DNA from: Schizosaccharomyces osmophilus
Taxonomy: Eukaryota
Reading direction: 5' to 3'
NCBI RefSeq assembly: GCF_027921745.1
Contig: NC_079238.1
Location: forward strand, 1,798,001-1,862,000
DNA length: 64,000 nt
A model generated the notes under the pieces. That model searched no databases. It had not been told where the DNA came from and saw only the letters and a list, made by a program, of their open reading frames with translations. Every line of letters starts with the position of its first letter. Positions within the stretch are counted from its first letter, which is position 1. The translations under genes and the position numbers were made by a program. Shown here one piece after another: positions 1 to 10,854 of the stretch.

Positions 1-29
1 ACTGGTACTTGGGTTACTGAAACTGGCAT
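1..29 (-). CDS. Possible N-terminus of a gene running off the window edge (mitochondrial ribosomal protein MrpL51 expected by synteny)
   Basis: ATG at 29 reads MPVSVTQVP to the edge, divergent from mdm34. Identity rests only on recalled S. pombe gene order. Confidence 0.3.
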
Positions 30-614
30 ATTCTCATTTAAAATAAATGAGCCGACGAGAGAACAAACAAATTTACAACAATCCATTTGTTCAATCCGTG
101 TTTTCAAAAGCCTATAGGAAAAAAAGAATGCAGAAGAGGAAAGACACAAAACAAGCGCCAATATTTACACATGCCTCCTTCTTTGAGAGAACGCAAACAA
201 ACAGGCAAGGTTGTTCTTTCATTGTCAATTACCATTAATGAACCAAAGGGTTCTCAGCAACACAGTCCATCCTACTGATGATATTATTTAAGATATTTCT
301 TGTTTTTCTAACCTTGGGTTATATTCATGTTTGTTTACTTTTGGAAATAGCATACGTTAGCGAAGCATCCTACTTTTATTTTTCACATTTCCCAAAGCTT
401 CGGTAAACCCCACTGCTCCTTTCAAATAACGTATTGCTGTTTAACGGACCCGCCACTAGTTAATTACAACCTGCCATCTACAAATATCGAGAGAAGCGAT
501 TCTGAATGGAATTGCTATAAATAGCAAGGAAACTAAACAAAGATTTATGAGATTTAGCAAAGAATAAGGCTTTGAGTGCATTAAATTGACCAAGGTCACC
601 ATTTGACTGTGAAA

Positions 615-2063
615 ATGTCGTTTCGAATAAGTGGTTGGGGTGAACAGTTTTCGGAAGCCTTTTATGAGCGAGCCACGACATTACTGACTGCTGCCCTTAA
701 CAAGGGTGCGAAGCATTCACTAATTGCTGATCGCATTACTGTCAAGGAATTGAATATGGGTGAACAACCACCGGAACTGGAGATTTTAGAAATAGGAGAT
801 TTTGCGCCTGATCGGTTTCAGGGTTTGTTTAATTTTCATTACTCCGGAAATGCATCATTGGTTTTGCAAACGAAAATTCGGGCAAACCCCTTGTCTGTTG
901 AAAAACGGAAAGTACCTAGCTTTGGTGCAAAAAACACCATGCTGGCATCTTGTGCTCCTTTGACGGTTCCAATGTTCTTGCGGTTGTCAAATCTTAAACT
1001 GAATGGTATTGTTGTTTTGGTTTTTTCAAAGCAAAAGGGAATCACCATGGTATTTCGCAATGATCCTTTAGAGTCTTTACGAGTTTCTTCCTCCTTTGAT
1101 TCAATTCCTGCGATAGCTCGTTTTTTACAGAGAGAAATTGAGGTTCAACTTGCTGCTTTGTTTCGGGAAGAACTTCCTTCTATCATTTACAAGATGTCTC
1201 GTTTGTGGTTTGCCAAAGCAGATCCAGCTCTTCCTTTTTCAGTTCCTAAGCCGAGATCAACATGCTATGGAGCTTCCAGGGAGGCCGAATTACCAGCGTC
1301 TTCAAACCCTGACTTCTTAGATGGACCACCGGATTACTTTGAATCCACCAAAGTCGATGCTCAATATCCAATGAAAATGGGTCCACTAGACGTCCATGCT
1401 CACCCTAATCTTCAATCGTTGACAAAGATGGCTTTGTCGAGGAATTCCCTCCATCCAAAATCCTCCAACAACATTCCCATGTGCATTTTTAGGTCCACTC
1501 CTTTTGATACCATTCATCGCCTTTCGGCTCAGTCTGAGGAGCCTTCTTGCACTCCTCCTTCAACACTTTCCCCTTCTCCTTCTACAGAATATTTCTTTAC
1601 TCAACATAATGTTTCGACAACAGGAACTGTATCGCCGCGACCCACAATATTCGGCAAAATGAAGAATGCGCATCCTCATCGTCGTCGTGAACAGGTGAAA
1701 AAACGACACGTTATACGTTTACAATCATCAGAAATCATGCAAACGTCGCCGTCTAATACAATTTCCGCTACTCATAATTCGGATCCTTTTGTCTGCGAAC
1801 CTCACATTTCTTCAAATAATGAAAAGTCTGCATTTGGAGATTCTTCGGAAAAAAACCCAGAGAAAGTAATTATTTGTGATTCCAATGTTAAAGACTCAAT
1901 TGAGAAATCTTCTTTAAACAGCCCTATCCCTCGTTGGAGAGCAGACGAATTACAACGCAAGTTACAAGAGGAATCATTATCAAAAAAGGTTTTCAACCCA
2001 CATCATAATTCTATTAAGCTGCTCGCTCTGCAGCGATTATTACAAGCTAATCGCTCTTTTTGA
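615..2063 (+). CDS. mdm34: ERMES complex subunit Mdm34 (SMP domain)
   Basis: First ATG at 615 (MSFRISGW). SMP-domain motifs PPELEILEIGD and GITMVFRNDPLESLRVSSSFDSIPAIARFLQREIE, then a low-complexity tail. Confidence 0.93.
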   Translation: MSFRISGWGEQFSEAFYERATTLLTAALNKGAKHSLIADRITVKELNMGEQPPELEILEIGDFAPDRFQGLFNFHYSGNASLVLQTKIRANPLSVEKRKVPSFGAKNTMLASCAPLTVPMFLRLSNLKLNGIVVLVFSKQKGITMVFRNDPLESLRVSSSFDSIPAIARFLQREIEVQLAALFREELPSIIYKMSRLWFAKADPALPFSVPKPRSTCYGASREAELPASSNPDFLDGPPDYFESTKVDAQYPMKMGPLDVHAHPNLQSLTKMALSRNSLHPKSSNNIPMCIFRSTPFDTIHRLSAQSEEPSCTPPSTLSPSPSTEYFFTQHNVSTTGTVSPRPTIFGKMKNAHPHRRREQVKKRHVIRLQSSEIMQTSPSNTISATHNSDPFVCEPHISSNNEKSAFGDSSEKNPEKVIICDSNVKDSIEKSSLNSPIPRWRADELQRKLQEESLSKKVFNPHHNSIKLLALQRLLQANRSF

Positions 2064-2667
2064 TCCTTTCTTTTTTTTGTTTATTCTTTCGTGCTGTGTA
2101 AATCTGGAACAATCTATGACTTGAGAGGTTTCAATCAAACACTTTGCTTATTACCAAGCTCGCTGAAACTATCGCGCATGTTTTTTATAGCCTTTGTATA
2201 TTACTGTTGTTATTACGAGAGAAGCTTTTCTTTTATTTATACTCCGTTAATGTCTTACCTCTATGTTGCTAATTTTGACAATTGAAAAGAGTTTTTAAAA
2301 TTAATATTTATAATTTCGTCGATAGAATAATGTACGTAAAAATATAGTATCCTGTATATATGTAAAAAAAAAAACAGCATAAAACTGACTAATTCAATAA
2401 AGAATTACTGAAAACCCTCGAGACTCAGTCCTAATATTCAAATCGAAATAACAGTTATGATTAGATACGTTTGAGAGATAGAAAGCCAAGAAAATTCAAA
2501 TAACAATTTGTATAATTTGTCGTTCAAAAGACGTGGTATAAAGTAATGACATTGGCTATTTTGCATGCCGTGTAAGTCATGTGTACAAAACAATTTAATA
2601 AACCAGCCAAATCGAGAGGCTCGCGCTATTCACGAAACCAAAGCTAGTTAGTCCTTGAGAACCATCT

Positions 2668-4176
2668 TTAAGAAGAATAAGGACTTCCACGATCACTCAG
2701 TGTTCTGGGAATCTTATCTAAATGAATATAATTATTTTCAGGAAAGCAAAAGTTTGATGGAAACAAACCAGTATTTCCTGTTAAACTTCCATCATCGTTC
2801 AGTTGCTCCCCTACCCACCATCCATCGTCGACCTTCTTCAAGACAAGTAAAAGGTCATCTTTTTTCAACGCTAATTCATCTTCCATCTGTGGTTCGAATT
2901 GATATTTCATCCTTACAACTTCTAAGCCTACATGAGTCGATAAACTTTTGCTGTTTTGACTTGCAGATGCTCTTTCTTTCTCAAGTAGTGAATTAGTTGG
3001 TGTGGGCATTTCTGATAGCGAGGAACTATGTCCAGATTCCATTTTGTCTTTGGGTATACGATCCTCTTCAAAATCGCAGGAAGATCGTTCGAGACCGTCA
3101 CGAGGGACGACAGAATTTAAAGATGTGCGTCCTGTGAATACTGGCTTCGATGCAATAGGTATTTCCGGTGACGAAGACTTTCTTACGGATGGTTGAGAAG
3201 ACGCATCACCTAACTGCAACTCTTCTAAATTCTTCAAATAGTTAGCTGGTAGTAAAGCTTCTTCTCCCGCATCAAAAGAAGTTGGAGCCGTCCATGAAGT
3301 TGGTTCTAACCCAAGAGAAGGAGAAGAAAGTCGGGGATGCATAGCCTGATTAGGATCTTTGTAAATGACAGAAGGAGAAGAAGCAAATGACTTTGTAGAA
3401 TATGATCGTTTCGAATGATTCGTAGGTTGCTGACTCTCTCCAAAGGGTTGAGATTCCAATGATCGTAAAATATTCAAACATTGCTCATGAAATTGAGTCT
3501 GTTTATGTAGTAACAATACGAGCTTACTAACTTGACTAGACTGTATATTGAAAGCTTGTTAGCAGAATAAGTGAGCAGACTTACTTACCTCCAGTTCTCT
3601 TAATTCAATCATTCTTTCCTCAAAATCTTCTAAAGTATTTTCATATTTCCCTCTCGCCATTCGTAATTCCTCTTCAATTTTAGAATCCTCTTTTTTAGCT
3701 TTCTGGATTTTCGTCGAGAGTGCGTCAAACACCAATCTCCTGTTCTCAAGCTTTTTCTCTTTTACCTCCAAAACCTTTTTTTGTGAAAGCCATCCATCCA
3801 ACTCTTTCATGTACGATTCAGTGACGAAGTGAATAAAGTTTTCCTGCAGCGCTCCAATCTGAATCAGCGTCTTTCCATACATATTGTAAGTGTCGGAATG
3901 AACGGAATAATCAGATAAAATATATCCTAAATTAAGAAAAGAATCACCTAAAGCGGTAATTGGCGGTGCTTTTTCCTGTTCTTCCAAGGGTGACTTTCTG
4001 CGTCCCATAGATTGTACCCATTGACTAAAATTTCGATGCACTTTTTCAGTTCCATTAAACCGAAGCTCCATTTCTCGCTGTAAGTCACAGAAATCATCTG
4101 ACAGAGTCGTTTTCTGTCGATCGAATCCAAAACGCTCTCCCGTCCATTGAGAAAACCTTGCAAAATGTTTGTTCAT
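2668..4176 (-). CDS. N-BAR + SH3 adaptor protein (SPBC19C2.10-like), 2 exons: 4176-3589, 3540-2668; 486 aa
   Basis: BAR-type N-terminus (QWTGERFG..KTTLSDDF; KKLENRRLVFDA). A 48-nt intron GTAAGT..CTAAC..CAG joins the two ORFs in frame. C-terminal SH3 (EDELAL..GWWVG..GLFPSNF). Confidence 0.9.
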
Positions 4177-4884
4177 ACTAGAATTTATTCAAAATATTCC
4201 AAGGAGCTTACAGTTCAAAACTTTCAAATTATAAACACATCGGTGTAATTAACAGAAGAGAAAAAACATTGTTTATGAAGGAACGGTTGCTAAGAGTACA
4301 GTAATCGAGTAATAGTAACGATACCAAGTCATTTTTGTATAATATTCCTAAACAGAGGGAATTTACTAAGAAAAGCTCCCGTATGTTTATTTTTTCAAAA
4401 ATTAATAGCAATAAAGCATAAAATGCCTGTTATTAGGTCGAGACATAATAAACATATGGAAATACAATTGTTTTTCTGGAACACACAAATGCTGAAGCGT
4501 CTTGTTTTTTGTTCTCTTCTTCATAAAAATATTAATATTTAATTGTAAAAATAAAACTGAGTTGGCTCTCAGCTTCAACAATGAGAAGTACTTTTCGTAA
4601 GGACATAACTGATTTGTTCTTGAAAATGTCTGAACTAATATTGAATCAGACGTACTGAAATTCCCTTTGAAACTCAAGTATATTCTTCATAGATAATAAA
4701 CACATTTGTCGAATTACTTATCCTACACCGGTTTGAAAGATTCGAGGAACGTAATGAATGATATTATTATTAGGGCTCAACAAATTTATAAAAGAAAACA
4801 AAAAAAAAGAGAATAGAATCATAGAAATTGTGAAAGTGTTTCGTACGTTTAAGTTACAATAAATTAAGAAAATAGAAAGGCAGA

Positions 4885-7626
4885 TTAGGCTACGCTTACG
4901 TTCTCCGAGTCAGAAGCATAACCCAAATCTTCTTGAACTCGCGATCCAATCTCGACACAAGATGAAATAAGATGATGACAAATCTTGGGATCCTCTATTC
5001 CCAAGGAGCCAATTCCAACACGAACGTACATTGCCATAGCTTCAACGACATCGTTTTCCTTCTGCGAAGTGCATTTGGGCGAAAAGGCCTTCAGTGTTTT
5101 CCAACCGATTACCAACGACAACATACTAATATCAGAATTGTCCTCTGGAATACAAATTTCTCTATACATGCGCTTGGCGACATCTGAGAAACCAAGACGT
5201 AACAATCCAAGAACCAAAGAAGCATGTATCGTGAACAACTTACTACTGCTTAAGTTTAATACACTGGAGTAGCTGCGCTTGTCTTGACCACGAAGCTGCA
5301 ATGTAGTGTTATATGCGGCCAAAACTTCTGTAAGAGAGTCCGAAGTACCGTCTTCAAAGAGAACCAATTTAGCAACTAAGCCATGACGATATACTGGAGA
5401 ATTCTTTGGCGAAAGTGAAAGAACCTTCTCAATGTCAGATTTATCTATAGGATGTTCTAAACTTTCCATCAACAAAGCATCCAGCAAATCAGCCGCATAC
5501 CAAGAAGCAGTGGTTTCTAAAGGAGACATGACTACAACATCCGAAAGCTTGCTGATTATGCTATTCGGTAACATTGCAGAATCGCGAGTGCATCTAGAGA
5601 GAGTCCACAAACGTTCAACCATCCAAGTAGAAAAGACATCTTCTGCTTCACATGTCTCAATTAATTTCACGACACATTCGGGAAGCTCTTGAAGATCCGT
5701 TTGCATAGACGCACTACTGTGCAAGCGTTTGGCACGATTCCACAAAAACGAAGCACATTTCGATACAAATGCAGATGGCATCGGAGAGTTTGAGAATATA
5801 AGTTCAGCGTACATTGCCTGAAGAGCTGATGTGTGGCTTGTAGTGGGCAAGAAAAAGGAAGAAGCAAAAACCATAAACAAACGAAGGTGATTAACCTTTT
5901 CATCGCCACCCATTAACTGTGCATCGAGCAGCTTTTCTAAATTCCTAATATCTGCCAGCTGCTGTTCGCTGTATACCCAGGTTTCGGACGAGGCATATAG
6001 ACCACTAATTCGATGGCTTATATAGTTAAAAGACGATTTGACAACGAAAATCAACAAACCGAAGAAAAGGGATAATGAGGAAGATGAATGATCCAATAAG
6101 CAATATTTTTCAAACATTGTTTTCCTGAATAAGATAGAAGACGGCGATGTAGAAGACATAGCTGTAACTTTGGACTTTCCTTTTGATTTAAAGCCCTTGA
6201 AAAGTCGACGATCATTCAAAAGGTAAAACAGTCCTAACAACACAATCCCGATTTTCAGCAAATGCCAAGTGATTGTCGTAAATGGTATTGAAGTGAGGAA
6301 GGGGGGAAGAGCAAACAACCCATAAATGGATTGAGAAGTATCATTACCACCACCGAAATAATTAAAGAGGCCCAAACCGACCATTCCGTTCAAAGCAGTA
6401 CGACCCATGGAATTAAGAGTTGGTGAGGTACGAGTACGCTGAGGAGTATGGCGCCGGGAAGGATCTTGGACAGGAAACTCTGATGAAACGACATTGACTG
6501 GCTCGGAGGATTTGTTGTTGTTGTCAGAGGGTGGGGGAGCCATGGATGGATCTTCGTAAAATGCCAATCGATCAGAAAGTCGCTTGTTTTCTTTGGTAAG
6601 CTGCTTACTTTTGGATTCCAAGTGCCGAATATATTCAGTGGCCTTCGCCAGGATGGTGCCTTTATTCAATTTCCTTGCAGGAGCGAGTCCATGCAATTCT
6701 TCTTCTTCCAACGTGACACCGCAGCGGAGAGCAGCGGCTGCGCGTAAAGAGGGAACCGCATCACGAAGCTCACAAATACGATCGTTAAGATTTGTACGAT
6801 AACGCTTCTCAATCATGTTATGCGATGTTTTCTTTGGTTTCCCGGTGGTGGGATCTATAACTTCGGGAGACGTAGAATCCTTTTGATAGCTTTCCATTGG
6901 ATCAAGAACAGGAAAACGTGGGCTTCCAGAGGAGACGGAAGAGTTTACGCCACTCTCGGTAGATTGAGGAGAAACTTTGGCCTTTTTAGAGCTAGGTTCC
7001 TGTTTAACGTACTGAGTATCACCATCGAGAATGTCATCACGCTTAAGATTTCCAGGTTGGCTCTCATAAGACGCTTGAGGAGGACGAGTGCGTACAGTGG
7101 AAGGATCAATGGTGTCGACGGTTGGACGGACGGGATCTATAGAAGGCTGGAAATTAAATTCTACGTCCAAATCATTTGCTTTTGTAAAATTATAATTCTC
7201 GTTATAATAGGAATTGGGCGAATCGCAGTTGGAACGTAAAGCACTTGAAGAATGACCAAGCGAATTGGGAGAATTAATGCTATGTGAAGAAAATTGAGTA
7301 GGATTTGCGTTGAAGTTTTCGTCAAAAGCAAATGGGTGAAGCCATCCATTCATTGAGGATTCCATATCGGAAAGCGCGAACGAGTTTGGAGAGAAAGAAG
7401 TATTGGTGAGGGTCGGAGGAGAATCCTCCACAAAGTTTGCAAGATCATACAAAAGATTATTACAATTATCCACCAAAGGAGATGAAGAATTTGTATCGGT
7501 AGGCTCCGGGATCGTTGTAGCACTATTCGAGTTTTTCGATAATTTCAAGCTCTCTTCTTCGTTTAAAGGCTTGGAAGCTGAAGCTGAAGATATCGACACG
7601 GATGGAACAGGAGGTGGAGCAAGCAT
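4885..7626 (-). CDS. sre1: Sterol regulatory element-binding protein (SREBP) Sre1
   Basis: bHLH with the SREBP-specific Tyr (HNMIEKRYRTNLN), a Gly-Leu segment GMVGLGLF plus a transmembrane region, and a long C-terminal regulatory domain; 913 aa. Confidence 0.96.
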   Translation of the reverse strand: MLAPPPVPSVSISSASASKPLNEEESLKLSKNSNSATTIPEPTDTNSSSPLVDNCNNLLYDLANFVEDSPPTLTNTSFSPNSFALSDMESSMNGWLHPFAFDENFNANPTQFSSHSINSPNSLGHSSSALRSNCDSPNSYYNENYNFTKANDLDVEFNFQPSIDPVRPTVDTIDPSTVRTRPPQASYESQPGNLKRDDILDGDTQYVKQEPSSKKAKVSPQSTESGVNSSVSSGSPRFPVLDPMESYQKDSTSPEVIDPTTGKPKKTSHNMIEKRYRTNLNDRICELRDAVPSLRAAAALRCGVTLEEEELHGLAPARKLNKGTILAKATEYIRHLESKSKQLTKENKRLSDRLAFYEDPSMAPPPSDNNNKSSEPVNVVSSEFPVQDPSRRHTPQRTRTSPTLNSMGRTALNGMVGLGLFNYFGGGNDTSQSIYGLFALPPFLTSIPFTTITWHLLKIGIVLLGLFYLLNDRRLFKGFKSKGKSKVTAMSSTSPSSILFRKTMFEKYCLLDHSSSSLSLFFGLLIFVVKSSFNYISHRISGLYASSETWVYSEQQLADIRNLEKLLDAQLMGGDEKVNHLRLFMVFASSFFLPTTSHTSALQAMYAELIFSNSPMPSAFVSKCASFLWNRAKRLHSSASMQTDLQELPECVVKLIETCEAEDVFSTWMVERLWTLSRCTRDSAMLPNSIISKLSDVVVMSPLETTASWYAADLLDALLMESLEHPIDKSDIEKVLSLSPKNSPVYRHGLVAKLVLFEDGTSDSLTEVLAAYNTTLQLRGQDKRSYSSVLNLSSSKLFTIHASLVLGLLRLGFSDVAKRMYREICIPEDNSDISMLSLVIGWKTLKAFSPKCTSQKENDVVEAMAMYVRVGIGSLGIEDPKICHHLISSCVEIGSRVQEDLGYASDSENVSVA

Positions 7627-8094
7627 GTTGTAACAAAGCAGAGAAGATATACCTTCAAATATTCAAGCAAAAGAAACGATCTATAGATAAAAAAGAACGA
7701 CTTTTAAATACAGTCCAGTGTCTTTATTTTCCTGAAGACTTTTGGACTAGTATTTCACACAATGTGCTCGTTTGTTTCCCCAGATGAAAATGTAGGAAGG
7801 AATCTGTTTCGCGACTAAGCAAACGAGCAATAATTTACAAGTATTCGGCAACAAAAACGATGAACTAGCTGAAAAAAGTTGACTTTTTTCACTCGTAGAG
7901 CGAAATAGATAATTTTGCGCAAACTTGGCAAGTAGAACCGATTCAATCCAATTGAATCCGTGTTTAACTTTCTACGAAACTCTTCTAAAACCAGATTGGA
8001 ATTCTCTTTCCAAAGCGCAATTTGTTTCAAGTTGTTTGACTAGGACAAGAGGTACAATGCCGGAGACAATGCTTTTAATAAATCTGAAATTAAA

Positions 8095-8150
8095 GTGGAC
8101 TGACTTGAGGTGTGACGAGAAATCAGAATACCGATGAAAAATGGTTCGAC
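8095..8150 (-). promoter_or_regulatory. Two sterol regulatory elements upstream of sre1
   Basis: Minus strand GTCAGTCCAC (8104-8095) and GTCGAACCAT (8150-8141), about 470-525 bp upstream of the sre1 ATG. Both fit the Sre1 SRE consensus as I recall it. Confidence 0.65.
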
Positions 8151-8443
8151 TCCCATGAACAAATAACGAAAGGGAAACCAATACCTTATTTAAGTATAAG
8201 GACGCTCCGTACAGTTCCTTGAGATACAGTAAAACTATAAATCCATTCGTTCCATGCTAGAATATTGTATGAGACATAATGTTGAATAGAGGAAAAATTG
8301 AAAGAATCTATATAAAGATTGCATAGTGTAGTGGTTAATAAATATGCCATTCCAAAAATAAATCAATAGTTGAATGTGTTGGTTTTGTTGGTTCCAATGG
8401 AAGTATGTCAAAGTGAGCAAGATGGATGGGATGGGTGGGTACC

Positions 8444-9126
8444 TTAGGAAGGAATTTCTTTTGGTTCATCATGTTCTGATTCACTCTCGGAAGAGGAAGG
8501 CAGGGGATCGAGCTGATCAAGTTCTTCAAGTTGGTAACGGCTCATTAGAGGTGGCAGAGTAATGTCGCAGACCGTTTCTTCGTTGAATAAAGCATCGATA
8601 AATTCATCCATATGGGAAACGTAAAATCCATTGTGATCTCTAATTCGCAATTTTCGATAGTCATTCGATAGAGGTTCCAAAGCTTGATACACTTCTGGAT
8701 CAGACCAAGTTAGACGAATGTAAAAAGCTGCCAGAGCTCGTATATACTTAAATTCGGGAATGGCAAGGTATTGCAATACGATCTCTTTTTCTGGGGCTAT
8801 TTGTAACATTTTGTAGAGCAAACAAATAAACTCGGTAGGATGCTGGTTGCCAAATTGTCCGCCAACGTACTCCACACGCACTGCACGATCAATCAACGAA
8901 GCAGCTAAACCATAGGTTAGTCTTGGAACGCAAACTAGACGAGTTTTTGACGAGTTTTCTAAAAGTTCAACTCGGTATACGTACCATTCAAGCCAAAGCA
9001 CTGTTCCTTCCAATAAAAGCATTCCACGATTCGTTCTCGCAGAATCTTGCCAACCAAAAAGGTCGGCAGCATTTGATGCGCGACATCTCCCTGCGACTGA
9101 TAATCCCTTGCGATAAAATCTGTCAT
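8444..9126 (-). CDS. prp38: U4/U6.U5 tri-snRNP splicing factor Prp38, 2 exons: 9126-8985, 8904-8444; 200 aa
   Basis: ILRERIVECFYWKEQCFGLN|AASLID joined across an 80-nt GTACGT..CTAAC..TAG intron. Conserved PTEFICLLYKMLQIAP, FKYIRALAAFYIRL and DYRKLR. Confidence 0.95.
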
Positions 9127-9600
9127 TCCAATGTACAACACGATACGATCCCCACGAAAACGAAAACCAAAAAGATAGATTTCAAAGGTTACGCTAAACA
9201 GACAAAACTACAATGGGTTTCAAAGAATATCTTACTCAAAAAAAAAAAAAAAAAAAGAAAAAACGACAAATCGTCACTGGAAGTAAATAAGTGTAATGGG
9301 AAAAGACAGGATTCAATTTCCTTTCTAAGTCAAAGTCCTATCAGCTTTCACCTCCAGGAAAACCAGAGCCCCATAGTCTACATTATTGCTAATAATGTCT
9401 TTGAAAACATAATCAAAACTCACAAATACATACACATGAAATTCTTACAAAACCTACAATCGCAAACCAAAAGGCATCATGAAACAGCAAATCTCATTAG
9501 AAAAAAAAGTAATAACGTATACGGGTAAAGTTTTATGAATCTTACCGTCTATATATCATTGTATCACCTATTGAATTGCAGAATCTTTGCAACCAAAAAT

Positions 9601-9985
9601 TTAGAGGGTGTTGTTGGCATAGAAGTCCTCAAGAGCAGTGACGATACGCTTGGTCATGGTCTTTTCACCCTCGTGAACCCAGACACGGGGATCGAACTTC
9701 TTCTTGTTAGGCTTGTCAGGGCCCTCGGGGTTACCGACGGGGGTCTTGAGGTAGTCTTGGAACTTCAAGACGTAGTCACGAACACCTTCGAGGTAAGCGT
9801 ATTGGGTGTCAGTGTCAATGTTGACCTTGACAACACCGCTCTTGATACCGGTACGGAATTCGTTAACGGAAGAACCGGAACCACCGTGGAAGACGAAGAA
9901 GACGGGCTTGTCGTTGGTGGACTTGAGTTGTTGTTGAACATACTTTTGGTGGTCACCCAAGATTTCAGGGCGGAGCTTGACGTTA

Positions 9986-10018
<33 letters not shown>

Positions 10019-10677
10019 GCGGCAGCGATGGAGAAGTAAGGAGTAACGCTAGAGAGTTCACGGTAGACATCCCAGATGTCTTCGGGTTGAGTGTAGAGGG
10101 TGTTTTGTTCGGCACCAGAGTTGTCGACACCATCTTCTTCACCACCAGTGATACCGATTTCCATCTCAATCCAGATCTTCATTTGGACGGCACGTTCGCA
10201 GTACTTCTTAACACTGGCAATGTTTTGTTCCTTGGGCTCTTCAGACAAGTCAAGCATGTGAGAAGAGAAAAGGGGTTCACCGTGGAGCTTGAAGTAAGCT
10301 TCGTCAGCGGCGAACATACCCTCCATCCAGGGGAGGAGCTTCTCGGCGCAGTGGTCAGAGTGCAAGACGACGGGGACACCGAAGAAGGGGGCGATGGAGC
10401 GGATGTAGTGAGCGGCAGCAACACATCCAGCGATGGAAGCCTTTTGGCCGTCGTTAGAGGACTTCTTGCCGGCGAAGAAAACGGAACCACCGTTAGAGCA
10501 TTGCAAGACGATGGGGGAACGAGCCTCACGAGCAGCTTCGAGAGCAGCAACAACGGTAGAAGAGGAGGTGACGTTGATGGCAGGGATAGCAAATCCGTGC
10601 TCACGAGCGTAGGTGAACAACTTCAAAACGTTGTCACCGCTAATAACACCAGTAGGAACAATGTCGAGAATACCCAT
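9601..10677 (-). CDS. fba1: Class II fructose-bisphosphate aldolase
   Basis: True start MGILDIVPTG at 10677. Motifs HSDHC, AFGNVHGVYKPGNV, FHGGSGS, KVNIDTD; strong codon bias; 358 aa. Confidence 0.98.
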
Positions 10678-10733
10678 ATTTATGATTTGATGGTAGGACC
10701 TGTGATGAAACCTCTTGGTGAAGGGCCAAGCTC

Positions 10734-10854
10734 TTATATAGTCTGCCCAGCTACCCCATCCGGAAAAACTCGTCACCTGATGAACGTATCGATAGTGACC
10801 GAACCGTCGTAATTGTCCAATCAGTCTCATCAGTACCTTCGATCCCTGACGTCA
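10734..10854 (-). promoter_or_regulatory. fba1 promoter: TATA box, SRE-like site, CRE
   Basis: TATATAA on the minus strand at 10740-10734, GTCACCTGAT at 10772-10781, palindromic TGACGTCA at 10847-10854. Confidence 0.55.

Noticed and set aside
8923..9528. 201-aa plus-strand ORF over prp38 exon 1 and the fba1 3' region
   Set aside because: TTG start, poly-Lys from an A-tract, antisense to real transcripts.
9535..10812. 425-aa ORF antisense to fba1, plus Ser/Thr-rich alternate-frame ORFs
   Set aside because: Shadow of extreme codon bias in a highly expressed gene; no recognisable protein features.
10678..10830. 51-aa N-terminal extension of Fba1 in the ORF track
   Set aside because: The upstream ATG lies 5' of the TATA box at 10740-10734; the conserved protein starts at MGILD (10677).
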